DNA of 64,000 nt from the NCBI GenBank assembly GCA_963704065.1, contig CAVPGX010000008.1, positions 29,852 to 93,851 on the forward strand, given 5' to 3'. The notes beneath the pieces were generated by a model. The model made no database searches, was not told the origin of the DNA, and saw only the letters and a program-made list of their open reading frames with translations. The DNA comes from an uncultured cyanobacterium (lineage in GTDB: Bacteria > Cyanobacteriota > Cyanobacteriia > Leptolyngbyales > Leptolyngbyaceae). The position numbers were made by a program, and so were the translations under genes. Of the stretch, positions 1 through 10,370 are shown one piece after another. Positions within the stretch are counted from its first letter, which is position 1. Every line of letters begins with the position of its first letter.

Positions 1-90
1 TCGCAATACACAAGTTTTACACGCTTCAATATAAACGGTAGCCGGATCAATCACTATCCCGCTCCAGAGACTGGCTCGGTCAATCCACAA

Positions 91-1324
91 TTAAGGCCGT
101 GACCGCAGTAACGCTTGGGCTTCCGACAGCAGATTGACAACTGATTGCAGCTGCTTTGCTTGCTGACTTTGGCTTCCGTCTACGGTAAGGACTTGGGTGA
201 CGATCTGCTGCATTTCTTCCAACATCGCTCCCACGTCCGGCTGGGCAGCGCGATCGGCGGTCACAGTTGTCACTTGATTGTCGGCTGCCGCGATCGCCCG
301 ATCGACCGTAAAACGATTGTAGGCAACCTGGGCTAAGTCCACCGAGGTCGATTGGACTGGCGATCGCGGATCTTGTATCGGCGACCCGCGCCTGTAATTC
401 CTGAATCGTATCCTGAAGATTCTCGATCACACTGTACATTTCCATCGGATCAAACACACGCAGTAAGCTGGTCTGGGTTACCAGCCCCAACCCTTGCTGC
501 CAGTTCCAAGACACAACCAAACGGCCCACGCGGCGTTTTTGCATTTCTTGATGGGCCAGCCATAGTGAATCCTCCGGACTCAATAAAAACAGCGGCGTAC
601 TCATCACGGTCTGCGCTTGGGTTTTAGCCAGATTAATCTGCAACGCTTGAAACTGCACAATATCGCGCTCCGTGACAATTCCCACCGGTACCGGGTTCTG
701 CCGCTCATCAAGTTGCATAATCACGACACAACTCACCCGGTTGGTTGCCATTAGCTTGGCTAGTTCTAAGACTGAAGCTGTTAGTGGCGCATGAATCACT
801 TGATCGGTCATCACGTCCGCCACCCGCCGCAGCCGCAGCAGATTCGCTGGACGCAAAATCTGGCGAATACTTTCATGGGAAATCACCCCCATTAATTCCC
901 CCGTATCATTGACCACCGGCAAATGCCGAATCCGATAGCGCCGAAATAAAAATAGTGCTGCAAAAACATCCTGGGGCGTTGCCTCAGACAGCGTTATCAC
1001 TGGATGAATCATCACAGCTGAAATTGGCACACCCTCAAGGTCGATCCCATCTGCTGCTAGTCGTACAACATCTCGTTCTGTCAAAATCCCGAGGAGTCGA
1101 TCGTGCTCCATAATCAGCACACAGCTAGCACCGCGGGCGGGCAGCTCCGGCATCGCCGCTACTGATACACCACTTAATCTACAGGCACGATCGTGGGATC
1201 GACTAATCAAGCCAATCACCTCAATCACCGGCACATCCGGTGCGACTATCAATGGATCGCGATCAATCGCATCGGCCAAACTCGGCACAACCCCTACAGA
1301 GCGATCCAACGACATCAACGCCAC
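91..1324 (-). CDS. Four-CBS-domain protein with helical C-terminus (apparent frameshift near 345-400)
   Basis: Two CBS pairs (GILTERDVV, RHLPVV, GIVTERDIV, GLVTQTSLL). The 414-aa ORF becomes atypical after ~SPIDLG, while the 91..342 frame gives a plausible helical tail. Confidence 0.8.
290..297. repeat. HIP1 octamer GCGATCGC (representative; frequent across the window)
   Basis: Examples at 290, 360, 2823, 8533, 10070 and 11274; hallmark of many cyanobacterial genomes. Confidence 0.95.
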
Positions 1325-1543
1325 TCCAATTCATCAAATACTTTATTAATCATGCGCTGCTAACCTCAAAGTCGGTGCAAGCGCAAAACAACATTACACC
1401 CATGTGCAGAGATGTAACAGTTTACTGACGCTTTTCAAATTGGAGTTGTGATTTGAGATAATTTCAGGTGTATGATTCAGGGATGTTACACAGTGAAAGA
1501 TTCAAATCGTTCAGGGTATTGGTTTATAGCTTATTTTAGGTAA

Positions 1544-1921
1544 TTATGCTAAATCTGTTTGGTCATCCGCGCGCGGCGGTTGGGAACTAACGCCCGAGAC
1601 TCGACCCGTTTTGCCGTATAGCCGATCGAGCACTCGCTTGACCGAAACGCGTTGCCACGGTTGACCGCGCTTTGTGCGGTAGTCTCGCTCATTCAGCCAA
1701 TCAGCAATTTTTTGGAGAGACTTACCTGACTTATGATGCCGCCGAATCAGCTCGATCACCTGGCATTCTTGTGGATGCTCGCGCAGTTCACCGTTCACCG
1801 ACTGCTGACCAAATGCGGGGGAGCCGTATCCTACGTAGCCACCGATCGCCGCTTTGGCTTGTCTACCTTGTTCAAGCCGTTCCCAAACTGCATGTTTATC
1901 GTCTGGATCAGTTGTTGACAT
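1544..1921 (-). CDS. Small recombinase-domain protein (large serine recombinase DNA-binding region, no catalytic domain)
   Basis: ERL..GRQAKAAIGGY.GYGSPAFG followed by SLQKIADWLNERDYRTKRGQPWQRVSVKRVL, typical of the recombinase domain. No N-terminal Y-x-R-x-S motif. Confidence 0.75.
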   Translation of the reverse strand: MSTTDPDDKHAVWERLEQGRQAKAAIGGYVGYGSPAFGQQSVNGELREHPQECQVIELIRRHHKSGKSLQKIADWLNERDYRTKRGQPWQRVSVKRVLDRLYGKTGRVSGVSSQPPRADDQTDLA

Positions 1922-1978
1922 GACAGGTCTAGCCAAGTTTATAGAGATTTATGGTAGCGCACCACGACAAACATCAAT

Positions 1979-2010
1979 CTATTTTCAGAACAGACTATTT
2001 TCAGAACAGA
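1979..2010. repeat. Perfect 16-bp tandem repeat (CTATTTTCAGAACAGA x2)
   Basis: Read directly at 1979-1994 and 1995-2010, in the divergent spacer upstream of the recombinase-domain gene. Confidence 0.95.
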
Positions 2011-2209
2011 TATAGCGCCCGACCGCGTCGTATTCATCAATAACGCCGCTCAATGCCGCGATCACGCTGACCGATGATCAAATTGTTTTAGCGCGGCAGT
2101 TTGAGTGTCGATATATTACTTTGAAATTAGTGCCGCCGCTAATGGCCTCAAGGAAATCGAATTCCGCCGCACGTCACACTATCCCATCAAGCCTATGGAG
2201 CTTCTTGCC

Positions 2210-2411
2210 ATGCCTAGTTCAAATTATTCATTGCCCCAATTGTGGTGCCCCCGCAAAGCGTAAAATTTGGCGTGATCAGGAACAAGTTAATCGACCATCA
2301 GCTGATCAGCTGATGGTCGAAACGACCTGTTCGACCTGTGACTACCTGATGATTATGGGACTATCCTCTGGAAGAGTAATTGAAGCCTATGCACCAGGTG
2401 TTTCAAGTTAG
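2210..2411 (+). CDS. Small cyanobacterial Zn-ribbon protein (probable 1-nt insertion just after the ATG)
   Basis: CPNCG...CSTCDYLM...GRVIEAYAPG. GGAG at 2197-2200 precedes ATG 2210; removing one C from ATGCCTAGTT gives in-frame MLVQIIHCPNCG. Confidence 0.7.
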
Positions 2412-2520
2412 TTTGATCGATCGGCTTGAACAAAGTTCTGAAGCCTTACCCTGTTGTGCTTTAAGCTAAATATAAATAGCTTAATTGACAGCAACACTCA
2501 CCCAAAGGAACGCAACCGCT

Positions 2521-3081
2521 ATGATGACCGCCGCCGACATCATGACCCAAGAGGTAATCACCATTTCCGGTGCTGCCACCATCGCGGAGGCCGTAGAACT
2601 GATGAAAAGTAAGGGACTCCGAGCACTCATCGTGAAACCTCGGAGTCAAGCCGATCCCTATGGCATGGTGACAGAAACCGACATCATCTACAAAGTCGCT
2701 GCCTTTGGCCATGATCCAAAGCAAATGCGCGTCTACGAAATCATGACTAAACCATGTGTCATCGTCAATCCAGAGTTAGGGGTGGAATATGTAGCGCGGC
2801 TTTTCGCCCAAACCCGGATTCGGCGATCGCCAGTGATTAAGCATGGTGAGTTAGTGGGCATTGTCTCGATCACTGACATTCTACGCAAAAGCGATTTTGT
2901 CGAAAAACCCAAGCCCATGTTCTTGGAAGATCAAGTTGAAGCCGCACGCAGTGATGCACTGAGCATTTGTGCCGCGCAGGGTAATCAATCGAAAGCTTGC
3001 GCGGTGGCCTGGGAAACCGTTGAAGAGCTCCAAGCCACTGCGGCTGACATGCGCAGCTCCGAGAAATTCTATGATGTCTGA
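2521..3081 (+). CDS. CBS-CP12 fusion protein
   Basis: CBS pair followed by ICAAQGNQSKACAVAWETVEEL (CP12 N-terminal Cys pair and AWD-VEEL-like core). The C-terminal CP12 Cys pair is absent. Confidence 0.9.
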   Translation: MMTAADIMTQEVITISGAATIAEAVELMKSKGLRALIVKPRSQADPYGMVTETDIIYKVAAFGHDPKQMRVYEIMTKPCVIVNPELGVEYVARLFAQTRIRRSPVIKHGELVGIVSITDILRKSDFVEKPKPMFLEDQVEAARSDALSICAAQGNQSKACAVAWETVEELQATAADMRSSEKFYDV

Positions 3082-3117
3082 TCAGCAAGTTTTAATAATC
3101 AACCAACCAAAATCAAT

Positions 3118-4380
3118 CTAACCTTCAACGCTCTTGAAGAAATCGATCGTCTCAATTAGTGACTTGATAAAGACATCAATTTCTTCGCGGGTGTTGTAGA
3201 AGTAGAGACTGGCGCGCGCAGTAGAATTAGCGTTAATAATGCGATGTAGCGGCTGTGTACAATGATGCCCCGATCGAATCGCAACGCCTTCATGATCTAG
3301 CAGGGTCGAAAGATCATTGGCGTGGAGATTTTCGACTGTAAACGTGGCCAAAGCGGCGCGTCCAGAGCCATCAGACTTGGGCCTCGGGCCGTATAAGGTC
3401 AGATCAGGGACAGTGACAATCTTTTCGTACAGATAGGCAGTAAGTTCTTCTTCGTAGGCATGAATTTTATCGATGCCCAGCTGCGTCAGGTAGTCTACCG
3501 CTGCGCCCAAGCCGATCGCCTCAGCAATCGCTGGTGTACCCGCTTCAAATTTATGCGGCAACCCAGCGTAGGTTGAGTGATCAAGAAATACATCTTTGAT
3601 CATTTCACCACCACCGAAAAACGGCGGCATTTCCTTCAAAATATCGAGTTTGCCATACAGGAAGCCAATCCCGGTTGGGGCGCACATCTTATGGCCCGAA
3701 GCAACCAACCAATCACAATCGAGGTCCTGTACATCGATCGGCATGTGCGGTGTACTCTGACAGGCATCGATTAAAACTTTCGCCCCCCACTTGTGGGCCT
3801 CAGCTGCGATTTCCTTGACCGGATTAATACAGCCAAGCGTATTGGAAACGTGAACCACGGAAACCAGTTTTGTCCGATCGCTCAACAGCGAACGATACTG
3901 TTCAAAATCAAACTCGCCGGTGGGTGTGAGCTGTACATGCTTAATCACCGCCCCAGTCCGTTGTGCCATCATCTGCCACGGCACAAGATTACTGTGGTGC
4001 TCCATCACGGTCAGAATGATTTCATCCCCCGCTTGGAGGTTTGCCCATCCCCAAGTGTACGCCACCAGGTTTATCGCTTCCGTCGCATTGCGCGTATAGA
4101 CAATTTCTTCGCGGTGGGCGGCATGAATAAATTTTTGAACTTTATCCCTTGCACCTTCATAGGCATCAGTGGCACGGGCACTGAGGGTATGGACACCCCG
4201 ATGCACATTCGCGTTGTCGCACTCATAGTAATGCTTGAGTGCATCCAGCATTTGGATGGGTTTTTGAGAAGTTGCCGCGTTATCGAGGTAGACCAGTGGC
4301 TTACCGTGAATTTCTTGCTTGAGGATCGGGAAGTCCTGGCGAACGCGTAAAGCTAGTGGTTTATCGTGGGCGAGCGTCAT
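3118..4380 (-). CDS. sufS: Cysteine desulfurase SufS
   Basis: [16 protein letters not shown] (PLP Lys), RSGHHC catalytic motif; suf operon context. Confidence 0.98.
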   Translation of the reverse strand: MTLAHDKPLALRVRQDFPILKQEIHGKPLVYLDNAATSQKPIQMLDALKHYYECDNANVHRGVHTLSARATDAYEGARDKVQKFIHAAHREEIVYTRNATEAINLVAYTWGWANLQAGDEIILTVMEHHSNLVPWQMMAQRTGAVIKHVQLTPTGEFDFEQYRSLLSDRTKLVSVVHVSNTLGCINPVKEIAAEAHKWGAKVLIDACQSTPHMPIDVQDLDCDWLVASGHKMCAPTGIGFLYGKLDILKEMPPFFGGGEMIKDVFLDHSTYAGLPHKFEAGTPAIAEAIGLGAAVDYLTQLGIDKIHAYEEELTAYLYEKIVTVPDLTLYGPRPKSDGSGRAALATFTVENLHANDLSTLLDHEGVAIRSGHHCTQPLHRIINANSTARASLYFYNTREEIDVFIKSLIETIDFFKSVEG

Positions 4381-4453
4381 GGTGGTTTGAGTCTGAATGA
4401 CTAGCGTTTAAGATTGTGATTCCCCCTGACGATAGCTCGGGGGAAACGGAAAG

Positions 4454-5797
4454 TTATTTGCTCAGATCGCGCATGGTATCCGTGAGCGCGTTTCGCAGCG
4501 ACTCAACCGGGATTTTCTTGATCACTTCGAGCGCGAAGGCAAATTTCAGCAATTTACGCGCTTGATCAGCGGGGATACCACGACTTTGCAAGTAAAAGAC
4601 TTCATCGTCCTCTAGCTGGCTGACTGTCGCACCGTGGGCACATTTAACATTGTCTGCCACGATTTCTAGTTCCGGCTTCGTGTCGATCCGGGCCTTATCC
4701 GATAGCAGCAGGTTACGGCTCAGTTGGGCGGCATCGGTCTGTTGGGCCGATCGTGGTACATAAACCTGACCATTAAACACACCGTGACCGTGATCGTCAG
4801 CAATGCACTTATGCAATTGGTTTGCCGTGCCGTAGGGCTTGGTGAAAGCAATCAAACTGTGGGTATCAGCGGTACGATCACCATCCACTAAGCTCAAGCT
4901 ATAAATCTGCGTATCCGCTTGCTCACCCGTTTGCTGAATCTCCAAATTATGGCGAGAGACGGCTGCACCAAGGTCGATCGTGTTAACCGTATATTGGGAA
5001 TCACGCCCCTGGGAAACCGCAGTTTTGCCAATATGGTAAGCGATTGGGCTTTCCCATTGGACACGCGTATGATTCACCCTAGCGTTGTCACCGACATAGA
5101 CTTCCGTGACGGCATTAGTGAAATACGGATCGTGCTTGTCAGCCGAGGTATATTCCTCCACGATCGTCACTTGACTGCCGGTTTCCGCCACGATCAAGCA
5201 GCGTGGATGCGATAGAGTTGCACTGCCCGAGGTGCGCGAAAGAAAGACCAGATGAATCGGCTGCGTAATTGTGGCATTCTTCGGAATCCAAACAACAGCA
5301 CTATCGATCAAACTGGCTGTATTCAGCGCGGTGAATACTTCCTCCGCCCCGTTTTGCTTCCCGAGGTGCGCTGTAACTTGACTCGCCTGCTCTGGCGTCA
5401 GTTGACTGAGATTACCGACCAAGGTGCCGCTGGGTAATGCCGCCACCTGTGAGAGCGCCGCTTGAAATACCCCATTCATAAACACCAAACGGGTGCTGGC
5501 TTCCGGTACAACTAAGCTGTCGCAGGCTTCGAGCGGTTGGTCACTGGCCGCGAATTGCCACGCGTGTTGTAGCATCGGGGTCAAATCCGTAAACCGCCAT
5601 GCTTCATCACGGGTGGATGGAATCGCTAGCTCGGCCGCGATCGCTGCGGCTTGGTCACGGGTTTGATTCAGCCATTCAAACTGCGATGGCTGACGGAGCT
5701 TGAGTAGGGAGGTCAAATATTCTGTGCGATCGACTTTTGTGGTGACCTTGCGATCGTCAATTTCCGGTACAACGGCAATTTTTGCTACATCTACCAT
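4454..5797 (-). CDS. sufD: Fe-S cluster assembly protein SufD
   Basis: KPELEIVADNVKCAHGATV and FYLQSRGI motifs. Confidence 0.97.
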   Translation of the reverse strand: MVDVAKIAVVPEIDDRKVTTKVDRTEYLTSLLKLRQPSQFEWLNQTRDQAAAIAAELAIPSTRDEAWRFTDLTPMLQHAWQFAASDQPLEACDSLVVPEASTRLVFMNGVFQAALSQVAALPSGTLVGNLSQLTPEQASQVTAHLGKQNGAEEVFTALNTASLIDSAVVWIPKNATITQPIHLVFLSRTSGSATLSHPRCLIVAETGSQVTIVEEYTSADKHDPYFTNAVTEVYVGDNARVNHTRVQWESPIAYHIGKTAVSQGRDSQYTVNTIDLGAAVSRHNLEIQQTGEQADTQIYSLSLVDGDRTADTHSLIAFTKPYGTANQLHKCIADDHGHGVFNGQVYVPRSAQQTDAAQLSRNLLLSDKARIDTKPELEIVADNVKCAHGATVSQLEDDEVFYLQSRGIPADQARKLLKFAFALEVIKKIPVESLRNALTDTMRDLSK

Positions 5798-6573
5798 TAC
5801 ACTGCTGCCCCTTCTACAATCCAGTCGTATCCCTTCGCTTCTAGTTCTAAGGCAAGTTCTTTGCCACCAGTTTGGACGATGCGACCATTGCCCATCACGT
5901 GAACGTAGTCCGGTGTGATGTAGTCCAGCAAACGCTGATAGTGCGTCACAACCAACATGGCATTGTGTTCATTCGACAATGCATTCACGCCACTTGCCAC
6001 AACCCGGAGCGCGTCAATGTCCAAACCAGAGTCAATCTCGTCAAGAATCCCGAGCTTTGGTTCGAGCAAAGCCATTTGCAAAATCTCATTGCGCTTTTTC
6101 TCACCGCCGGAGAACCCTTCATTCACGCCACGACTGAGAAAGGTCGAATTCATTTTCAGCAGTTCTAATTTTTCTTCAACAATATCGTCGAAGTCAAAGG
6201 GATCAATTTCTTCTAAACCTTCGTGCTTACGCTTGGCATTGTAGGCAACCCGCAGAAAATCCAAATTCGTCACGCCCGGAATTGCCATTGGATATTGGAA
6301 GGCCAGGAACAAGCCGCTGCGCGCGCGTTCTTCCGCTTCGAGTTCCAATAAGTCATTCCCGAGGAACTCAACCGAACCGCCCGTGACTTCATACGCAGGA
6401 TGACCTGCCAAGATTTTCGATAGTGTGCTTTTACCCGAACCATTCAACCCCATGATGGCATGGACTTCGCCTGCTTTGACTTCGAGGTCAACGCCTTTGA
6501 GGATTTGGTTGCCGTCAACGTTAGCAGTAAGTCCTTTGACGGACAAAATCGTTTCGCTGTTTTCTCTAATCAC
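5797..6573 (-). CDS. sufC: Fe-S cluster assembly ATPase SufC
   Basis: GLNGSGKST Walker A and [14 protein letters not shown]; GTG start at 6573 inferred. Confidence 0.97.
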   Translation of the reverse strand: MIRENSETILSVKGLTANVDGNQILKGVDLEVKAGEVHAIMGLNGSGKSTLSKILAGHPAYEVTGGSVEFLGNDLLELEAEERARSGLFLAFQYPMAIPGVTNLDFLRVAYNAKRKHEGLEEIDPFDFDDIVEEKLELLKMNSTFLSRGVNEGFSGGEKKRNEILQMALLEPKLGILDEIDSGLDIDALRVVASGVNALSNEHNAMLVVTHYQRLLDYITPDYVHVMGNGRIVQTGGKELALELEAKGYDWIVEGAAV

Positions 6574-6662
6574 GGAAAGTGTTCTCTTAAATTCAAATCG
6601 ATCGGACAGGAATAAACTCAGGTCGATCGTCTGAAACGATCGACCCAGCAACAAACTCAGAT

Positions 6663-8102
6663 CTAACCAACACTCCCTTCGAGCTTTAGCGCCAGCAGCT
6701 TATCTGCTTCAACGGCAAACTCCATCGGCAGTTGGTTAAACACATCCTTACAAAAACCACTGATCATCATCGACACCGCATCTTCCATCGAGATGCCGCG
6801 CTGCTGGAAGTAGAACAGCTGGTCTTCACCAATCTTGGAAGTTGAGGCTTCATGCTCGACTTTTCCCGACTTATTCTGCACTTGAATATAGGGAAAGGTA
6901 TTGGCTTCGGCCTGATCGCCAATCAGCATCGAGTCGCATTGCGAGTAGTTGCGTGCGCCTTCCGCCTTTGGACTGACTTTGACCAAGCCACGATAGCTAT
7001 TCTTCGATCTGCCAGCCGAGATCCCCTTCGAGATAATCGTACTCTTGGTATTCTTGCCGATGTGAATCATTTTCGTGCCCGTATCGGCTTGCTGCATATT
7101 GTTCGTCAGCGCCACGGAGTAAAACTCACCGACGGAATTATCACCAATCAGTACACAACTGGGATATTTCCAAGTAATCGCTGAACCAGTTTCCACTTGA
7201 GTCCAGGAAATCTTCGAGTTTTTCCCTTTGCACAAACCGCGCTTCGTTACAAAGTTATAGATACCGCCTTTACCGTCGGCATCCCCAGCGTACCAGTTTT
7301 GTACTGTGGAGTACTTAATATCGGCATCATCTAAGGCGACCAATTCTACTACAGCGGCGTGTAGCTGGTTGGAATCGTACATTGGTGCTGTACAGCCTTC
7401 CAGGTAGCTCACCGATGCACCTTCTTCGGCCACAATCAGCGTCCGCTCAAACTGCCCCGTATCACCGTTATTGATGCGGAAGTAAGTCGATAATTCCATC
7501 GGGCAAGTTACACCCTTCGGAATAAAGACAAAGGAGCCGTCGCTAAACACCGCTGCATTCAGTGCAGAATAAAAGTTGTCAGCAACTGGCACGACGCTAC
7601 CGAGGTACTGCTTGACCAATTCCGGGTGATCTTTAATTGCCTCGGACATGGAGCAAAAGATCACACCATGCTCTGCCAGCTTGTCTTTAAATGTGGTTGC
7701 GACCGAGACGCTATCGAAGATTGCATCCACCGCCACATTCGCCAAGCGCTTCTGCTCAGACAGGGAAATCCCCAGTTTCTCAAAGGTATCCAGCAACTCC
7801 GGATCAACTTCGTCAAGGCTTTGTTTTTTCTTCTCAGACGGTTTGGGCGCTGAGTAGTAGATGATGTTCTGGTAATCAATCGGCGGATACTCGACATGGG
7901 CCCACTGTGGCTCAGTCATCTGCAGCCAAGTCCGGTAGGCCCGTAGCCGAAATTCCAGCATCCATTCCGGCTCTTCTTTCTTAGCCGAAATCAGCCGCAC
8001 CACATCCTCACTCAGACCTTTGGGAATGCTATCCGTTTCGATCTGGGTGACAAAGCCGTACTTATAGGTTTGATTAACGAGATTCTGAACAGTTGCGCTC
8101 AT
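6663..8102 (-). CDS. sufB: Fe-S cluster assembly protein SufB
   Basis: [39 protein letters not shown] terminus. Confidence 0.99.
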   Translation of the reverse strand: MSATVQNLVNQTYKYGFVTQIETDSIPKGLSEDVVRLISAKKEEPEWMLEFRLRAYRTWLQMTEPQWAHVEYPPIDYQNIIYYSAPKPSEKKKQSLDEVDPELLDTFEKLGISLSEQKRLANVAVDAIFDSVSVATTFKDKLAEHGVIFCSMSEAIKDHPELVKQYLGSVVPVADNFYSALNAAVFSDGSFVFIPKGVTCPMELSTYFRINNGDTGQFERTLIVAEEGASVSYLEGCTAPMYDSNQLHAAVVELVALDDADIKYSTVQNWYAGDADGKGGIYNFVTKRGLCKGKNSKISWTQVETGSAITWKYPSCVLIGDNSVGEFYSVALTNNMQQADTGTKMIHIGKNTKSTIISKGISAGRSKNSYRGLVKVSPKAEGARNYSQCDSMLIGDQAEANTFPYIQVQNKSGKVEHEASTSKIGEDQLFYFQQRGISMEDAVSMMISGFCKDVFNQLPMEFAVEADKLLALKLEGSVG

Positions 8103-8170
8103 GGATTATGCGGTGTTAATCGAGTGTTCTATGATCGGACAGGTGGGGATAAATCAACAATCCCAATACT

Positions 8171-8530
8171 CTAAGCAGTGTGCTGTTTTACTTCGTCTAG
8201 ACTGATTGATTGCGACTCAGCGGCGAAATCATTGTCTGGCGTCAGGAACAACATACAGTGACATTCTTTGCGCTCGCGCATGGGCACACAGGGACAGTTC
8301 CAGTATGCCGCATCGGCTTCCGCTTGTTTGTCTTCGTAGTGACGACAGGGACAAAGCGCCGCTCCCAGCGACTCTTTATGATCCGCCAACCCTTTAATGA
8401 CCACAGCCGTTACACCTGGATCAACACAAAAATAAGTATCGGTCCGTTTAGCATAGGCTTCAGCAAAGCTGCGAACTGTGTCCAAGTTCTTATCTGCAGC
8501 ATCTTGGGCGGCAACAGGAGAAGTGCTCAT
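8171..8530 (-). CDS. ftrC: Ferredoxin-thioredoxin reductase catalytic subunit
   Basis: CPCRHY, WNCPCVPM and CHCMLF motifs; ATG 8530 inferred as start. Confidence 0.97.
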   Translation of the reverse strand: MSTSPVAAQDAADKNLDTVRSFAEAYAKRTDTYFCVDPGVTAVVIKGLADHKESLGAALCPCRHYEDKQAEADAAYWNCPCVPMRERKECHCMLFLTPDNDFAAESQSISLDEVKQHTA

Positions 8531-8588
8531 ACGCGATCGCTCTCTAGACAACAAGTAAACTTTCGGCTCACTGATTCTATAATTAAAA

Positions 8589-8641
8589 CAACACAAAAGT
8601 TGCTTTAATCATTGTAGACTACTTTAGCAACAACATTGTTG
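8589..8641. promoter_or_regulatory. Two SufR operators (CAAC-N6-GTTG)
   Basis: CAAC-ACAAAA-GTTG at 8589-8602 and CAAC-AACATT-GTTG at 8628-8641, both with extended symmetry, between divergent ftrC/sufB and sufR. They match the known cyanobacterial SufR site. Confidence 0.92.
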
Positions 8642-8733
8642 TCAAAGTCTAAGTAAAGTTCTGCAATATTTTTTCAGCCCATTTGTCTGGGTTTCCTCAC
8701 AACCCAATTCGCTCTAACCCATACCGTGATGTA

Positions 8734-9378
8734 ATGACGACGAGCCAGCAGCCTAATACAAAGCAGGATATTTTGACCGCTTTACTCAAGCAGGGCCAGC
8801 TCACTGCTCATGACTTAGCAGAGCATTTGGACATGACGCCGCAAGGGGTGCGGCGTCACTTAAAAGATTTGGAAACCGAAGGGCTGATTGTTCATGAAAC
8901 AATGTCTGCCGGGATGGGGCGCCCAAATCATCTCTATACGCTGAGTGCGGATGGGCGGAAGCAATTCCCCGATCGCTATGATCGTTTTTCGATCGATTTG
9001 CTCGATACATTAGCCAAGACTGTCGGTCAGGAGCAGATGGCGTTGATTTTGCGCCAGCAGTGGCAGCAGAAAGCCGAGGAATATCGCGATCGGGTCGGCA
9101 AAGGCACGTTGCAGGAGCGGGTACAGAAGTTGGTGGACATGCGCCAGTCGGAGGGTTATATGGCGGAGTGTCATCTGGTCGAGCCAGAAAATCCCGCCGC
9201 TGGATTCGTATTGACCGAATATAATTGCGCGATTTCTCAGATTGCGGCGTCTTATCCCAGCGTATGCGGCAATGAGTTGGAGATGTTCGCGATTGCGCTG
9301 CCCGATTGCAAGGTGGAGCGGACGCATTGGCTGGTGGGTGGGGAGCATCGCTGTGGATATTTGATTACGGCGAGGTGA
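8734..9378 (+). CDS. sufR: Iron-sulfur cluster biosynthesis transcriptional regulator SufR
   Basis: N-terminal HTH (VRRHLKDLE, GMGRP) and C-X12-C-X13-C-X14-C motif; divergent from suf. Confidence 0.97.
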   Translation: MTTSQQPNTKQDILTALLKQGQLTAHDLAEHLDMTPQGVRRHLKDLETEGLIVHETMSAGMGRPNHLYTLSADGRKQFPDRYDRFSIDLLDTLAKTVGQEQMALILRQQWQQKAEEYRDRVGKGTLQERVQKLVDMRQSEGYMAECHLVEPENPAAGFVLTEYNCAISQIAASYPSVCGNELEMFAIALPDCKVERTHWLVGGEHRCGYLITAR

Positions 9379-9380
9379 AT

Positions 9381-9656
9381 ATGATGACACAGGTTGAGCT
9401 AGAGCAACAGGTTAAGTATTTGATGAATTCTGAGGGGCAGCCAACGGATGTTTTGGTGCCGATCGCAGTGTGGAAACAACTGTTAGCTGATGCTGAAGTT
9501 AACAAAAGTGTGCCGGAGAATGCGGAGCCGCTAGATATTGATGATGACCCTTTGGCTGGATTATTTTCTGGATCGAAAGATTTAGCAGAAAAATCTGAGG
9601 AGATTTTGGCTGAGGAGATTCAGTTGCGTTCTGGATGGTCTTGGAAGTCGTCATGA
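9381..9656 (+). CDS. Putative antitoxin (91 aa)
   Basis: Small acidic ORF upstream of the PIN gene with ATGA overlap; C-terminal DPLAGLFSGSKDLAEKSEEIL; GAGGTG precedes ATG 9381. Confidence 0.75.
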   Translation: MMTQVELEQQVKYLMNSEGQPTDVLVPIAVWKQLLADAEVNKSVPENAEPLDIDDDPLAGLFSGSKDLAEKSEEILAEEIQLRSGWSWKSS

Positions 9657-10060
9657 TGATTGCGGATACGGGGTTTGTTGTGGCGTTTCTCAATCGGGAG
9701 GATGCAAGTCATCAGTCGGCAAAGGCGGTTTATGTTCAGCAGCGAGCAATGATCTTGCCGCAGACTGTTTTGGCGGAAGTGGCTTATTTGGTGGGACGTG
9801 AGGCGGGCAATCTAGCGGTTGTGGCGTTTTTGCAGGGGATTAGTTTGAGCCGCTTTCGCTTGACCGCGCTGGAGAATGACGATGTTGTGAGAACGGCGGA
9901 GATCTTGCGGGTTTACGCTGATAGTCGAATTGATTTTGTGGATGCGACGGTGATGTCGATGGCTGAGCGGTTGGGGATTACGCAGGTGTTGACGCTCGAT
10001 CAACGGGATTTTCGATTGTTTCAGCCAAGGCATTGCCAGGCTTTTGAGTTATTGCCTTAG
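9653..10060 (+). CDS. PIN-domain (VapC-like) toxin
   Basis: IADTGFVVA, VLAEV, IDFVDATV, TLDQRDF: PIN acidic residues. Alternative start at 9635. Confidence 0.92.
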   Translation: MMIADTGFVVAFLNREDASHQSAKAVYVQQRAMILPQTVLAEVAYLVGREAGNLAVVAFLQGISLSRFRLTALENDDVVRTAEILRVYADSRIDFVDATVMSMAERLGITQVLTLDQRDFRLFQPRHCQAFELLP

Positions 10061-10370
10061 TCAATCATGGCGATCGCGCTGCCCGATTGCAAGGTGGAGC
10101 GGACGCATTGGCTGGTGGGTGGGGAGCATCGCTGTGGGTATTTGATTACAGCGAGGTAGAAGGAAAATCACCACAGGATGGGAATGGCGTTTGAGGCGGT
10201 GATATTGCGATTGTGGGTGAGTCGGGTTATGACTACAGAATGTCTGGGTTTGCTTGAGCATCATCGATTGTTGCGGGCGATCGCGATTCTTTAAGATGTT
10301 GAGGCGATCGCGCTGAAAAACCTCGACGATCGCCTCAAGTTCCATCAATGGCGATGCCTGCACCGACAAC

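Larger units (their letters stand above)
9289..10159 (+). mobile_element. Toxin-antitoxin mini-cassette flanked by 90-bp direct repeats of the sufR 3' end
   Basis: Copies at 9289-9378 and 10070-10159 are 86/90 identical. The second begins at HIP1 GCGATCGC. No integrase or transposase inside. Confidence 0.8.

Noticed and set aside
1414-1426. NtcA-like site GTAACAGTTTAC
   Set aside because: The spacer is shorter than the N8 of the NtcA consensus GTA-N8-TAC.
2121-2411. PriA helicase label sometimes given to this small family
   Set aside because: Only a Zn-ribbon of under 100 aa; no helicase motifs.
10067-10159. 30-aa peptide MAIALPDC...ITAR from the second repeat copy
   Set aside because: It has an ATG but no clear RBS; treated as a recombination remnant.
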